DNA of 63,796 nucleotides, filler included, from Conidiobolus incongruus B7586 (GCA_000697335.1; 13 parts of 13 records of this genome joined end to end with filler, not necessarily neighbours in it); one strand, 5' to 3'. Numbered from the whole stretch's first letter, positions 24,345 to 38,524 are shown. The notes: generated by a model not told the origin, from the sequence alone. Numbers and translations are program-made.

Positions 24345-27300
24345 TTATCAGTGAGTTGATATTCGGTTTCAATAGCTTGGTGTTTACGCTTGGATCTTCC
24401 AGAAGAAGATGCTGAATCACGACCATTATCATCTTCTCTATAATTAACATTTCTTCTTCGACGAGGCGAGTCGGTTGAAGTTTCATCAAGGGTCAAAGGA
24501 TTTGGTTTGGCTTCAACTCTTTGGTCTGCTGGAATAATATCTTGCCAAGCAGGTTCAGCAACTCCTGTAAAGTCAGCAACTAGAATTTGATCCAAGAACT
24601 CTTGACCACCTTCGTTACCTTTCTCTTGAGTCTCAGTAAATTCTTGAACTTCTCCATGTGCTAAGATATCATCAATATTCATCTGTTCTAGTCTACGCTG
24701 GTTATCATTATCTTGGAACATATTGGCTGCGCCAAACTTAAGCAAACGATTGAGATCATCTGCTTTAAGATCAGGCTTGGAAGATCGACTGATGCCATCA
24801 GCACTAAATGTGGTACCTGAAGTGTCCATCTTATCAATAACACAATGACCTAAGACGCGTTTACGTTTGGCATGCTCGAACACCTTCTCTTCTAAAGTCA
24901 TCTTGGACACAAATCGATATACATTGACTTGTTTCGTTTGACCAATTCTATGGCAACGAGCCATTGCTTGAAGATCATTTTGAGGATTCCAATCTGTATC
25001 CATTAAAATAACAGTGTCAGCAGTAGTTAAATTAATTCCTAAACCACCAGCACGAGTAGACAGTAAAAATACAAAATCGGTAGAGCCAGGAGCATTGTAG
25101 TGTTCAATTGCATTCTTTCTAGCTTCAGAGCTGATACTACCGTCAAGTCGTTGGAAATTATAACGCTTAAGTTGTAGATAGTCAGCAATAATATCTAGAT
25201 AGCGAACCATTTGAGAGAATATCAAAACTCTGTGTCCATTTTTAAACATGTGAGTTAGTAAGTTATCAAGAAGTATCATCTTTCCACTGCTATAAATAAG
25301 ACTTCGTAATGCTTCTTGAGAGTTCTTGTAATCTATTTCAGGGAAATGGAAAAGATAGGGATGATTACACACCTTTAAAAGTTCAATAGTAATATTCTGC
25401 AAACTAGGTGCATGACCTGCTCCTTCAGCACTTAATGCAGCATAGTTTTTGTTTAAAATTTCCCGATAATATCTTGTTTGTTGTGCTGCTAACTCTACTC
25501 GCAATACAATTTCACGTTTAGGGGGCACAGAATCTTCTACAGTATCCTTGAGTCTACGAAGAACATAGCCCTCAAGGCGTTGATGAATGGCTTTGATCTT
25601 GTGTTCTTGGTCTTCTTGAGATAAATCAATTTCATCTACTTCTTCTGCACCGAATTCTTCAGGATTTAAGAAGCGAATCAAGGACCGGAGTTCTTTGAGG
25701 TTATTCTGTAAAGGTGTACCAGTAATCAAAAGTCGATTTAAGGTTTTGAATTGTTCGAGAGTTGAATACAATTGTGATTCTTGGTTTTTCAATCGATGTC
25801 CTTCATCAATAGCCATAAAAGACCACTTAATGGTACTCAAAAAGGCCTTATCTTTCAGCACCAGTTCGTAGGTAGTGAGAAGGCAATTGAATTTAACCTT
25901 TTTCGTTCCCTTTTGGTAAAATTCATATTCTCGGATAATGTTACGACTAGCAGCGTTTCCAATATAGCAAATGCTATTGATCTCAGGCGCCCACTTAGCT
26001 AACTCCCTTTCCCAATTACCAATAGTAGACAAAGGTACGATCACTAAGAATGGACCAAAAACCTTTTGACCATTGAACAAATATGACAAAAATGAGATGG
26101 TTTGTACAGTTTTGCCAAGACCCATCTCATCAGCCAAAATACCATTTCTGTTTTTACACCAAAGATAAGCCATCCAATTAACACCATGCAGTTGGTAATC
26201 TCTTAATTGACCTCCAGTAATGTAGTCAGGCTGGCTAGCCAACTTTTGAAAGGGAGGACGAGCGGTGGAAGGATCGCGGCCTTTGCCTGGAAGCTTCATA
26301 GAAACGATTCTTTTATGATACAAATCGATTTGATGTTGGAAATCAGCAATATCTTGCTCGGATTCCCATGTACATTGATTGTAAGGTAATTTGTTCCATT
26401 TACAGTAATACTGTATACCCGTTGGACAATGTTCATCTTTGGCAACAGTACGATGAGCAATAACACGCTCTACTTTTTTGAATTCTTCGAATTCTGCAAG
26501 AGTGGCCTCTCGCCAAATATTGTGAGCTTCAAGTTCATCAGCATCAAATCGATCTTGCTGAAGATCGGTAAGATATGGAATAATAATTTTTTTTATATAA
26601 TTTTCAACTTTTTTGATGCCTTTGAAATCTTTGAGATAATCAAAGGTTTCCCAAGTATTATGGAGGTGACTCCAATCTTTCCATTTAATTAAAAATTCAA
26701 CGTTATCAGGAACATGTTTTGGCTTTTTAAGCTTCATATCGGGACGAGCACGATAGAAGAGAACTTCTTCAATGACATCGCCTTCAGGAGGGATGTCTTG
26801 AGAAGTATGTGAAGGTTCAATTTCTGAATAATAGTCTTGGTCAGAAAGATCGGCTTCTTCATAATATGATTGAGAAGTCTTTTGACGACTAGACTGACGT
26901 TGAGGAGCAGTGGATTTAGTTTTTTTAGAACGAGAGAATTTATGAGGAACGTAATCGTCTTCATCGGAAAATTGATCTGAATATGTCTCGGCATAATCAG
27001 CTTCATCATCAGAGTAAACTACTTTGCGTCTTGAAGAACGATTAGATTGTCGTTTAGGTTCCTCATAAGTTTCATCTTCGTCGTCATCTGAAGGAATGGG
27101 AGTGTCAGAGCGTTCGTAATCTGAAGAAGGTGGAGGATAATATGTGTCTTCATCAGGAGCTTGGGAAGGAGAGTTATCTGGAGAAAAGTCAATATGAGGA
27201 AGAGAAGGAACAGCTTGTTGAAGTTCTGATGAGTAAGGATATTGAGGTGACCCTGAATGAGAAAAAGAGCGAGCAGAAGTAGGAGAGCTATATTGATGAT

Positions 27301-27803
27301 TAGAAGCGTAAGGTTGGTTTTCTGTAGATTCATTAATCGCTCTATATGGCTGAGAGCCATTTGCTATTGAAGAATGTTGATATGAGTATTGATTATTTGA
27401 AGTAGAACCTACATCAGCAGAGGCAGGATATTCATAATCATAATCTAAAACAAAGTATGAGGTTAAAATTTGAAATAATAATGAGAGTGAATGTAGAAAA
27501 TTAAAGTGATGAAGAGATTGATTGAAAAGAATAAGTGAAACAACTTAATCAAAATAGTTGAAATTCGAAAAAAATGAAAGGAAATGGCTGAAACATAGTT
27601 GAAAGCTAAAGCAAAGCAGCAAAAGGTGCGGTAAAGTTAATTTAAGGCTATAAAGATGCAAAAAGGGGAAATAGAAGGCTAAGACATGACGGAAAGCAGC
27701 CAAAAACTAGCAAACAAGAGAAGTCCAAAACAAAGTTCAAAGATTATGGTATTTATTAGCAAAATTAAGAAAGAAAGGCAAACTTACCTTCCATCCCCGC
27801 CAT
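24345..27803 (-). CDS. CHD1: Chromodomain-helicase-DNA-binding protein CHD1 (SNF2 family), 3' end cut by spacer
   Basis: Tandem chromodomains (FLIKWKDWSHLHNTWE; YYCKWNKLPYNQCTWE), ILADEMGLGKT, DEGHRLKN, LITGTPLQNN, LSTRAGGLGINL, DWNPQNDLQAMARCHRIGQ. The frame stays open upstream of the listed ORF to an acceptor at 27445. A 16-nt first exon 27803-27788 (MAGME) has a GTAAGT donor. Confidence 0.93.
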
Positions 27804-30800
27804 AGATTTTATATGAGTTTTACTAGAGAGTGAAAAATCAATTATAAAAAAGATAAGTTGTTGGGGGGTAAAAATTTAATAATGTATCACTCAAAATGAT
27901 CCAATCATAATTCGAGTTTTTTTCTATTTAATGGATGATTATCTTTAAATATTCAAATAGTACATCTTAATATAGTATAAAATAGGATTAATAATAGTAA
28001 TTTATATTTGATTAATGTATCTACCAAATGAGTAGATTGGTTAAATAATAAAAATCAACAAAACTGATTTTAGTGCTAATGGTGTAATATTAATAAAAAC
28101 GAATATTTATTTTTCTGAGAAATTTAAAAATACAAAATTGGTTTGATTTTATTTTTAATATTTCATATTTGGTAAAATATAATGCTATTCATAAGAATAA
28201 AATATAAAAATAATATACAAAATATTGTATATTGTATTGATATTAAAAGTGCAAATATACATTCATGTGTGTAAATGATACTTTAAAAACTTAAATATAT
28301 TTACTTAAATTCCTTTTTATTACATAATTTATTAATACAGTTTGTAAATGATTACTAAGATATTTTTCATAATACATTTCAAAATTTAATAACAATATTA
28401 ATGCAATATTAAAGAAATTGAATGTATTTTTTACTAGAAAATATATAAATAAAGAATCATTGAATTTAAAAAACTAGTGAGCTGGATGTCATTTCTTCCT
28501 AAATTTTGTGATTTTATCATATCCATGTATATATAATCTGGCTTGATATTTCATAGTTCGATATATAGCTTTTCAAACCTCATCACAGATATAGTGATTC
28601 ATTGTTTAATAAAAACCTCGATTTTATACTAAATCACAAGTTTCGATAAAATGAAATATTATTATTTTGAGTTATTGAGGTTCTAATTACAAGTAAATAT
28701 ATTTTATTGATATTTTATGCAATAAGTTAATACAAAATATTAGAATAGGATCATTCATAATAATCATCATTTTTTTTAAAATAATTCAGCTTAATGTTCA
28801 GAATCAATTCTATGATTAATTTTATATTGGATTATATTTGATTAATATTTCATTCGTAGTTCATAATTACAAATAATCTAATGGTGATAAAATATTAATT
28901 ATATTATTACAGCAATTAAGTAATGATATGATTTTGAAATCAAAATTTAATATAATTATAAATATATGACTTATAAAAACTAATAAATAATATAATATTA
29001 ATATTTTAATATATTATTAATAACACTTTGCTATACTTTTAACAAACTTCCAACTTTTAAAAAATAATTCTTTATATTAAAGACTCAAATTTGATATTCT
29101 ACAGATTATTTTAATTTGTTTATACAAATTCTTTTTTTGTAAGCATATTTTTTAATTGACTAAAGTGAATATAATTAAATAAGGTATAATATAGTCAATA
29201 TACTAGATGTTATAGTTTTTTCTAATTTTTTGTATAGAATATGTTTTTTAACTTTAAATATTTTGTAAATATTATAAAAAATAAGTATATTTGATTTATA
29301 TTAAGAATATTAATTAGAAACTATTCTATTTAAAAATTTTAACTTATTATGAATTAATATACTTATAAAATGAAATAAGAAAACCATTTAATATTATAAT
29401 CTAATATAATAATCATCATTTATTTATAAATCAAATATTTATCTATTAATATATATAAATAAACTGTTTTTAGCTAATTTAATATTTTATTCTGTTTTTA
29501 TATATAAAATTATATAAAAATTGAAAATATATAATTTATATTAATTTAATATAAAAAACCAGGTTTTTGGTGATACTTTAATAAGTAAAGTTTATCTATA
29601 TTTATATTAATATTTATTAAATAAATTTTAAATTATATAATATTAATTTTATAATTTTATTTATTAAATTTAGTTTAAACTTTAATTTATAAAATATACT
29701 TATATATCTGATATTAAATTACTTATAACTATTTACCTAAAATAAAAAGATAACTTTTATTTTTCTTAATTAATTCAAAAATGAAAAATTAATAATTAAA
29801 ATCAATATATTGAATTATGTTAAATTTTAAATAATATTTTTTTGCTTAAAAATCATTAATTTAATATTTAATTAAAATTATAAATAAAATATTATTTTAA
29901 TAAATAAATTATGAATCATAAATAATTTAAAGGATTCATAGTTAAATATTAGTGATATTTGAATAANNNNNNNNNNNNNNNNNNNNNNNNNNNNNNNNNN
30001 NNNNNNNNNNTTAATTAATTAANNNNNNNNNNNNNNNNNNNNNNNNNNNNNNNNNNNNNNNNNNNNTTAATTTTATTTAATATTTTTAAATTTAAATATC
30101 AAAACTTAATATTTTTTTTAAATTTCTTTTTATATAGATTTAAGAATAAAATTTTAAATATAATTATTAAATTTAAAAAATATTAATTTCAAGATTTAAA
30201 CACCAGAATTTCAATATTTGTTAATAATTTAATTCACATATAATTATATTGAATATAATTTTTAAATTTTTATAATTTAGTTTTAATAAAATCAAATTTA
30301 TTATAATATATTTAATATATTTAATATATTATGGAGTTTAATAAATCAATCAAATCTTTAATTAATATAATTTTGATATCAAAATATTGACTGTATGCAA
30401 AATAATAAGTAAAAACAGGTGATGGCATTTTTGTTTTCTATTCAGGTAGTAAAATGTCATATTGTTAACTTTAATTAATATTTTTCAAATACTAAGCTAA
30501 ATTTATAATTGGAGAATACCCAATAAGCTCATATCATTAATATATATATATCTTTAAACGTTTCAACTTTATTTTCCTTAATTCCAATTATAGTTCGGTA
30601 ATTTATCTTTAAATGGATGAAAAATAGATTGTAGATAAATTTTGGTATAATTATTCAAATATAATTTAAGAATTAATATTTCCAGAGCACTTGTTGCAAA
30701 ACTTTCTGAATTCATACAATAAATCTCATTCAAATTATTATCATTAATTTGAAAAATTTGGATGAATCTTAATGAAATTTGGAATTTGTTACCAATTTTG

Positions 30801-32213
30801 CATTAATGATTGAAACTCATGCAACTACTCTCTTATTAAATTCTTGAGCTTATTTGACATTCATATCTTTATATAACTTGCTAATAATATTTATACTTTG
30901 ATAAATAGAAGCCATAGTCAAATAGAAGTAGTATGCTGAGTCATAGTCAATTCTTTAAACTTAATTTAAAAACCAAAATTGAGATGTCGCAAAAATTTGA
31001 AGCATTAATGATTAATCACAAGCTAGTAGAATTAGTCAATATTTTAGTCATTTTTAACTAATTAAAAATCAATATAAGTTTGATTGAAGCTTGACATCTT
31101 TAATTAATCTATTAAACCAGTATATTTAGTTCTGTTTATTGGTGAATATTCCTTGTAAACTGATCTGATAATTTAAGGTATAATTTTATCAATAAAAATA
31201 TCAAAATTTTAATATTAATTCAAAAAATATTTTTAATTTGATGATTGTATATAATTAAGTTCTTTTACTAAGTTATACTTGAAAACAGTGTATTTTGAAT
31301 AATTAAAACAATTGGATAGTTTAATATAAATTTTAATAATTAAAAAAATGAGGGTTAATTAGCAAATAACATTATAACAATATTATAGAAATATGACTTA
31401 ATATAAGAGCTATCAATTGAATTAATTTTTATTAAATATCAATTCAACGAATAAAAATGACTAAAAGTTAGAAATGATATTAAATCAATATAATAATTAA
31501 ATGAGAGTGGTGATAATATGAAAAACATATTTATATAAATTATTAAAAATATATACATTAATAGATGAGATAATATTATAATTCTATTAACTCATTCTAA
31601 CGAATTCAAAGGTTTCTAATTTTCAATTATCAACACATAGTATAAAACAAAACCCGTTATTTATGAAAGAACATTGTTGAGCTGAATCATTTTTTTCTAT
31701 TAAAATTTAGTTTTAATTATAATACCATTCAATTCAAAATAAGCTACAATATAAAAATCATAAATAAATATGGTATCTAAACAAATTAGGTAATCATCAA
31801 AAATTTCAAAATAATTTGGTAATTTGGATTAAATATTGATCTCATAATTTATTGATTTGGGGTTGAAAACATTCTGCATATCTAAAACATACACTATCAT
31901 TACCAATTATAATTCCAAAATATATGTGGTTATTATCTTAATCATCATTTCATTTGAAAACTTTATTTTTAATATGAGTATGATTCAAATAATGATTCCT
32001 TAATAGAAAAAATATTAAATTCATCATATGACATTTTTAATGATGGTACCATAGCTATCGAAAACGACCTAAAACACTATTAAAAAATGTGTTTGCTTTA
32101 GATATCAAATGATGATGTAACTTTAGTTTAATGAAGAAATTTATAGATTATGATAGTATATAAAAGGTTTTATCATTTTGATTCATTGATAAAATCAAAT
32201 AAAATATTAAAAA

Positions 32214-33441
32214 ATGAGTTTAGTTAAAAATAATATTGTAATTATCGGTAGTGGTGTTAGCGGACTGACTTTAAGCTACCTATTGCTGAGAATTAATCTT
32301 TATAATGTAACCATCATTGCAGAACATATACCTCCATGTGATGATATTCAATACACGAGTGTTAAAGCAGGTGCCATTTGGAGAAGTTTTGCTAATGAAT
32401 TGGATAAAAATCAAATTGGTAATACTCATATTTAAATAATGCATAATTATTATTCATAATGTTTTGTTTTAGATTATGATAGAATCACTTTTGAAAATCT
32501 ATTAAAATTAACAGAACTGAACCCTGAATTAAAGAGAGTTATCAAACTGATTCCAGTATTTGAGGGTTGGGAAAACTCTTCTGAGTATTATCTGCCATGG
32601 TTTAAGGATTTTGTACCAAATTTTAGAGAATTGAAAGGTGAAGAGTTGCCAGAAGGGATTGATAAAGGATTTGGATATGATACAATTTGTATTAACACAC
32701 CTGAGTATTTGATATGGTTGAAAAATCAGTTCATTGGTATGGGAGGGCGTTTTATTCAGAAGAAGTTGAACAAGTTAGAAGATTGCTTGGATTTAGTCGC
32801 TAATAAAATTGACATGATTGTGAATTGCTCAGGATTGGGATACAGATTTCTAAACACAGGCGAGAGTGAGGATTTAGAACTCGTGCCAGTACGTGGTCAA
32901 ACCATTTTGGTTCATGCACCAAAACTCACAAAGAATATGTTTATACATCTAAATGACAAGGAAACTGAAGAGCAATTTTACGTGATTTTGAGAGGCAATG
33001 GCGACGTGATTTTAGGTGGGGTGTACCAACCCAACAATTGGTCCGCTGATTACAATACTCAAACTGAGAAGAATGTACTCGAGGGATGCATCAAATATCA
33101 TCCAGAATTGACAAGAGATAATTATAAGATTTTGAAAAGGAATGTGGGATTTAGACCTTATAGAAAATCTGGTATTCGCATTGAATTACAACAATTAGGT
33201 ATATTTGATTCAATAATCCATTTAAATTTTTTGTTGATCATATTTTAGTTGGTAAAAATGACCAAAAGCTGCCATTAATTCATTTCTATGGTCACGGAGC
33301 ATCAGGTAAACAGCTTTACATAAAATAATTAATATTTTATATTGATATAATCAAATTATAGGCTATCAATCAAGTATAGGAAGTTCCCTAAAAGCTCTCA
33401 ATTTAATTCATTCCAAAGTCTCAATCCAAAACAAATTATGA
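32214..33441 (+). CDS. DAO: D-amino-acid oxidase (4 exons)
   Basis: FAD motif IIGSGVSGL, YTSVKAGAIW, VNCSGLG, PVRGQ, VGFRPYRK, HFYGHGASGYQSS; C-terminal NKL (PTS1-like). Exons 32214-32418, 32473-33198, 33249-33305, 33362-33441. Confidence 0.92.
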
Positions 33442-33607
33442 TATCATGATTTAAATTAAAAACAGAAATTTTATTTCTAAATCTTATTCAATCAAATATA
33501 AAATATTGAATAAAAAATAGTATTAGTCGATTGATAAAGATAATGAAATGATATAGAGAAACTTCAGAATATGGGAAGCCCATTTCTAATCCTAATCATA
33601 GAGTTTG

Positions 33608-35224
33608 TTACATAACGATACCATACCTAAATGAAAAAACTTGAAGTTAATATATTATGTTCAAAATCTATTATATTTACACGTTTTTAAGTGTTGGAGG
33701 AGATGAATTAATAAATAATTTTAATTAAAAAATTTATAAATAAAAGTGGCACTGAGACCAATAGTAATTAAAATAGGGACACTAGTTAGCATGTCCGTTA
33801 AAGTACTAAATTTAGAAGTTTTGTCGTACCCGAAAGTGGTCTTAATGCGATTCCAGTAGAACTGCTCCCAATTGGTGCGTACGATGTCTTGTTCGCCCAA
33901 GGGGACGCCGGTTTGTTCTAATACTAAATTACATGAGCCGGATTGCTGCTCGAGGTTAAAGGTGACAGTGGAGTAGTGACCTATTAAAAAATTAGAATAA
34001 ATTTCTAGATGATTTGATAATTTTTATAGTGACCTGAAGGCCAAGTCTTAAGTCTCCAAGTTTGGACGATCTTCTTATCGGGAACCTAAAAATTCATTAA
34101 ATACCGTATTCAAAAACATTCTCAAACCCATTTAAACCTACTAATTCCAAAATCTTTCCAGTGACATTACCGTCAAACAAAGAAAATTCTTTACCGACTT
34201 CTGAGGGATAGATAACATTGGATCTAGACCAAGCTGAGATCAATTTTTGGTCGACTAGGACGTTGTAGAGATCGTGAGCGGAAGCGACAAATTCGATGGT
34301 TTCATTGACGTTAGTGGTATTGACAACTTTGGGAGAGGATGTGTTAACAGGAGTGGAGGGCTTGGAGGGAGTGGATTGGGCAGAGATTGGGGTGGGGACA
34401 GGAGTTTGGGTGGGGGTAATGTTGAGATCCTTGATCTGTAAGTCTTCAGCACTGATGTAGACATCCTTAGAGTGAGCTATATTCAAGTGAAATAAGTATT
34501 TAATTTTAATCAACATATATGTATATATGTATATATTTACCTTCAATTAAAGCTTCAGAGAATTTAGCAAACTTCTCAGAGATCTTTTTAGTTAATTGTT
34601 TACGAACCAATTCTTTGAGGGGATCCTTATCACGAGTATGGTTATCGACAGTAATTTCATACTAAATAATAAATAATAAATATTATACATCTAATTAAAA
34701 TAAAGTTAAATGAAATATTCAACTTACAACATAATCATCTACGTCGGAATCGTGACAAATTTCGGGAACGGTAATCCTACCGGTGACTTCGTCGCCATTT
34801 TCGAGATAACCTTAACAAATAATAAACATCAAAACTATGTGATATAATTTTGAGATGAAATACCTCTCCATTTCATTTGAATCTTCATATCAAACAAAGT
34901 CAATATTTTGCCCTTTCTTTGGTTTAAGTCACAATCTCCTTCAACACTGGTGACTGAAGAGACAGAAGCTTTTAATTCCCCTTGTTCAACTTCGATACCA
35001 GTTAAAGTTTCTTTGAGGTAATCTTTAGCCCAGTTTAAACAATTTTTTTCAGTCCTGAATAAAAAAAAAAAAATTAAATTTAGGTTATTATTTTTGGTTT
35101 TATTTTTTATACTATATGAATTACCAATGCCTAAGGAAAATAGGTTAATGATATTTTTTTAATGAATTTTTTATCTTAATAGTTACCAGTTATTGACATT
35201 CTTCCAATTTGCAGACATAGCCAT
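33608..35224 (-). CDS. AHA1: Hsp90 co-chaperone AHA1 (multi-exon)
   Basis: Spliced N-terminus MAMSANWKNVNNWHWTEKNC (NxNNWHW motif, uses a 6-nt micro-exon), VNQRKGK-like segment, C-terminal AHSA1 domain (FSLFDGNVTG, IVQTWRLKTWP, NWEQFYWNRIKTTFG). The spliced end GYGIVM* stops at 33608. Confidence 0.93.
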
Positions 35225-35589
35225 CTTGAAATAAACTTAAAAATATTATTAAATACTGATAAATTTTGCTATTTATTAAATGTAATAGAATACCTCTTAA
35301 TTGATTTTCTAAACTCCAGCAAAAAAGTTATTTTTCTAGTTCAAAATGAATAAACTATGGTTGAGCATGTATTTATATTCTGACAATTAAGTTGATGTAA
35401 AAATGGGATCGTTTTTAAATTCGATACTATTCTAGTAAAATCTATAAACTATAATTTATAACAATTAAATGGATTTTAGCCAATTGAATTCAAGAATTTG
35501 AGGATTGGGAAAATTTATGAGAAAAAAAAACTAAAAATTTGATGAAAACAAAAATTAATTAACATTTAAATTATTGTTGGATCCAAATA

Positions 35590-35606
35590 TTCTAGAAATA
35601 TTTTTC
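35590..35606. promoter_or_regulatory. Possible heat-shock element upstream of AHA1
   Basis: TTCTAGAA (inverted nGAAn pair) plus a further TTC, ~370 nt upstream of the AHA1 ATG; another TTCAAGAA near 35489. Such motifs arise easily in AT-rich DNA. Confidence 0.3.
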
Positions 35607-37321
35607 TAGTTTATTAGGTAATAATTATGTCATTTTATTAATATATTATTATGATAGGCCATAATTAAAGGAATATCTAAAGATAAACAGGATTTGATAG
35701 AAATAATTCTTGATATTATTTCGATTGAAATTTTTATTTTATTAAAGTTGTTGATATAATAAGTTTAACTAAGAAATCAAATAATGTTATCCATTGTATT
35801 AATATATTATTGAATTAATAATGATTGAAGTATTAACCGATTTAAAACATAATCATGATGATAATCATATCAATATTGGATATTAGTATCCATATGTTAG
35901 ATTAATCAATTATTATAAAAATTTGAATAAACTATAATTTGATTAAATTTAATACGTAATAAATTGAATAGTATGATATAGTTATATTAATTGATATTTA
36001 TGTTGACTTCTCACAAGATATAAATCAGTTTTATATATTTTAGGTTTATATTACAATTCTAGAAAATAGTAAATTTTTTAATTTTTAAACACAATTTATG
36101 TATTATTCAATTTTGGAACTTTATATTGATAAGTTTTTAAATAGAGTTGAAATTTGTATTATTGAAGTTAATATTGAATATAATAGAATATTTGGATTAG
36201 TAAAATTAAACCTGTCTCCTCAAAATAGAATCAAAGGATAAATGCATAGTAAATTATCCTTGAGATAATGATCATTCCTCAACATAAAATTAGAAAAATT
36301 CAAGATTAAAGATATTTTTAGAATTTGTCCAAAAATTATAATTATATAACAGTCAAATTTTTGGGTATAAATATATTTAATATGGTTTATATTTGTGAAA
36401 ACTATACAATAGATAGATGATATATAATTACAATTCAATAATAATTATAATTAAAAATCCTCGAATATTTTTTTACAATTTTAAATTACGTATAAAAATG
36501 ATTGGAAGCTGATATTAAAGATTATTAAGATAATGCAATATGTTTTCAATTTTGAAAGCAATCAATTTAATATTTTCTATCCAATAAAACTTGACAATCA
36601 TTTTTAAAAGATTCACGTGATAATTTATAATAAATTATTGAGTTGTTAACAATTTTCAATTATTCAATTTGAATATTTTTGAATGTTAATTTAATGATAT
36701 AAAGATTTAAAGGTAAAAGTGAATTTTGAATAAATATATATAATTTTAACTAAATTTGATTAGACATAAATGATCGAAAGGACAAACAATGTAAAATAAT
36801 CATTACAATTTGACACACTCCTAAAATGTGAAAAACCCTTTCGGTTTATATTAAAGTTTTAAAAATTAAGAGGTTTTTGTAAAATATAACATTAAATATA
36901 ATAAATATATAGTAATAGATAAAATCAATAGTAATGTTTATTTAATAGGTTTTAATTAATAATTATTATGAAAGCATTTTCAAGAACTAAAGGCATATAT
37001 TTTGTACAATATATTCTATGATTTAAAATTATAGATTTATAAGATTCTAATCCTAATCGAAATCACGTGTCAAACTCAATTAAAGTTTTCGATTGCATTT
37101 TTAAGAGGGTTTGATAATTAAAATCAAACCAAATCTGAAAGAAATGTGAATTAAAAAGGTGTTAAGTGGCCTCATTCCTTTAATTTGTGATATTTTATCA
37201 TCGAAACAAAGTGATAAAGTCGATTATTTGCATCCTATTGGCATAATTGAAGGATTTTGCAATTAGTATAAATACACTTTTATCTCTAATATTCTATTCA
37301 ATTTTTTAATATTTAATAAAA

Positions 37322-37873
37322 ATGAGTGAAAAAGTATTTACAGAAAAAGACTTAAACGATCATAAATCTAAGCACAGTCTTTGGTTGACTATTAATGGAA
37401 AAGTTTATGATGCTACTCCTTTTCAGAATGAGGTAATTTGTATAATATATAATATATAATATATAGTTAATATGTTAAATAGCATCCAGGTGGTGATATG
37501 GTGCTATTAGAATACGGTGGCAGAGACGCTACCGAAACTTTTTTGAATTTACCACATAGTGACGAAGCTAAAGAAATTTTAAATGGATTATATATTGGAG
37601 AATTGGATGAAAAGACAAAGGTAATATTACCAATTTACATCTTTGTATATATGTATTGAATGATGATGGAAATAGTTAAAATATGAAGCAAACCGTATTG
37701 GGGACGACATTCAAGTTCAATATAATCCAAAACCACCTAAAACACCAGGGTAATTCTAACACTGTATATATAATATATTCTATTAATATAGGTTTAGATG
37801 GTTTGACAATATTTTCAAATATTTTCCAATGTTATTCTTACTGGGTCTCATTTATATCTATTATTGGAAATAA
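37322..37873 (+). CDS. CYB5: Tail-anchored cytochrome b5 (4 exons)
   Basis: Spliced product MSEKVFTEKDLNDHKSKHSLWLTINGKVYDATPFQNE|HPGGDMVLLEYGGRDATETFLNLPHSDEAKEILNGLYIGEL..., with both heme His ligands and C-terminal TM YFPMLFLLGLIYIYYWK*. Missed by the ORF track because of introns. Confidence 0.92.
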
Positions 37874-38524
37874 ATATTTCAATTTGAGGATTTAAAATAA
37901 TTAGTTGGTTTTATTGAGTGAATGTAATTGTCAAATTCAAAAATTATATTGTATATTGAAGATTCATAAATCTCATATTGTTATCAGGTTTTTACTTTAT
38001 ATCATGGTTATTCCTTATTCTGATTTATTGAACAATTAGCAAAACGTTCTTATGAATTATCGCCCATTTGTTTGTATAGTATTAATTAATTAATAATTTA
38101 ATACAAAAATTTGTTTGCAAAATTTATCATCAAATATATGCTTATTATTAAATAATATTAGTATGATAGTATTGACTAAATGATGATTTATACAAAAAAT
38201 AATGGTTAAAAATTAAAATAATTGTGGCAATAGTGATAATCAAACAAATCGTAGATTAATATTCAAAATTATTATTGAATTAACAGAATTAAGGGTTATT
38301 CAACTATGAAAATTCAATTCAATTAAATTTAAATCCATAAACAAACTTAAAAAATAAATTAACTCAAGGATGATTTTATTATCCTTATCATCATCCTTTA
38401 AAATTATTTTAATATAAAATTTATTTATATTGTTGAAATATTGAATAATATAATAATATTAATCATAACATATATATATATATATATAAATATAAATATA
38501 TATATTAAATATTAAATATATTAA

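Noticed and set aside
26734..27360. Apparent frameshifts or separate ORFs upstream of CHD1
   Set aside because: The CHD1 frame is open without a Met up to the acceptor at 27445; the listed 91 aa and 113 aa ORFs are off-frame shadows.
18358..33441. Peroxisomal gene cluster (POX1 + DAO), and likewise a mitochondrial cluster (MDM38 + DNAJC11)
   Set aside because: The genes lie on different contigs separated by spacers and unrelated genes; there is no evidence of linkage.
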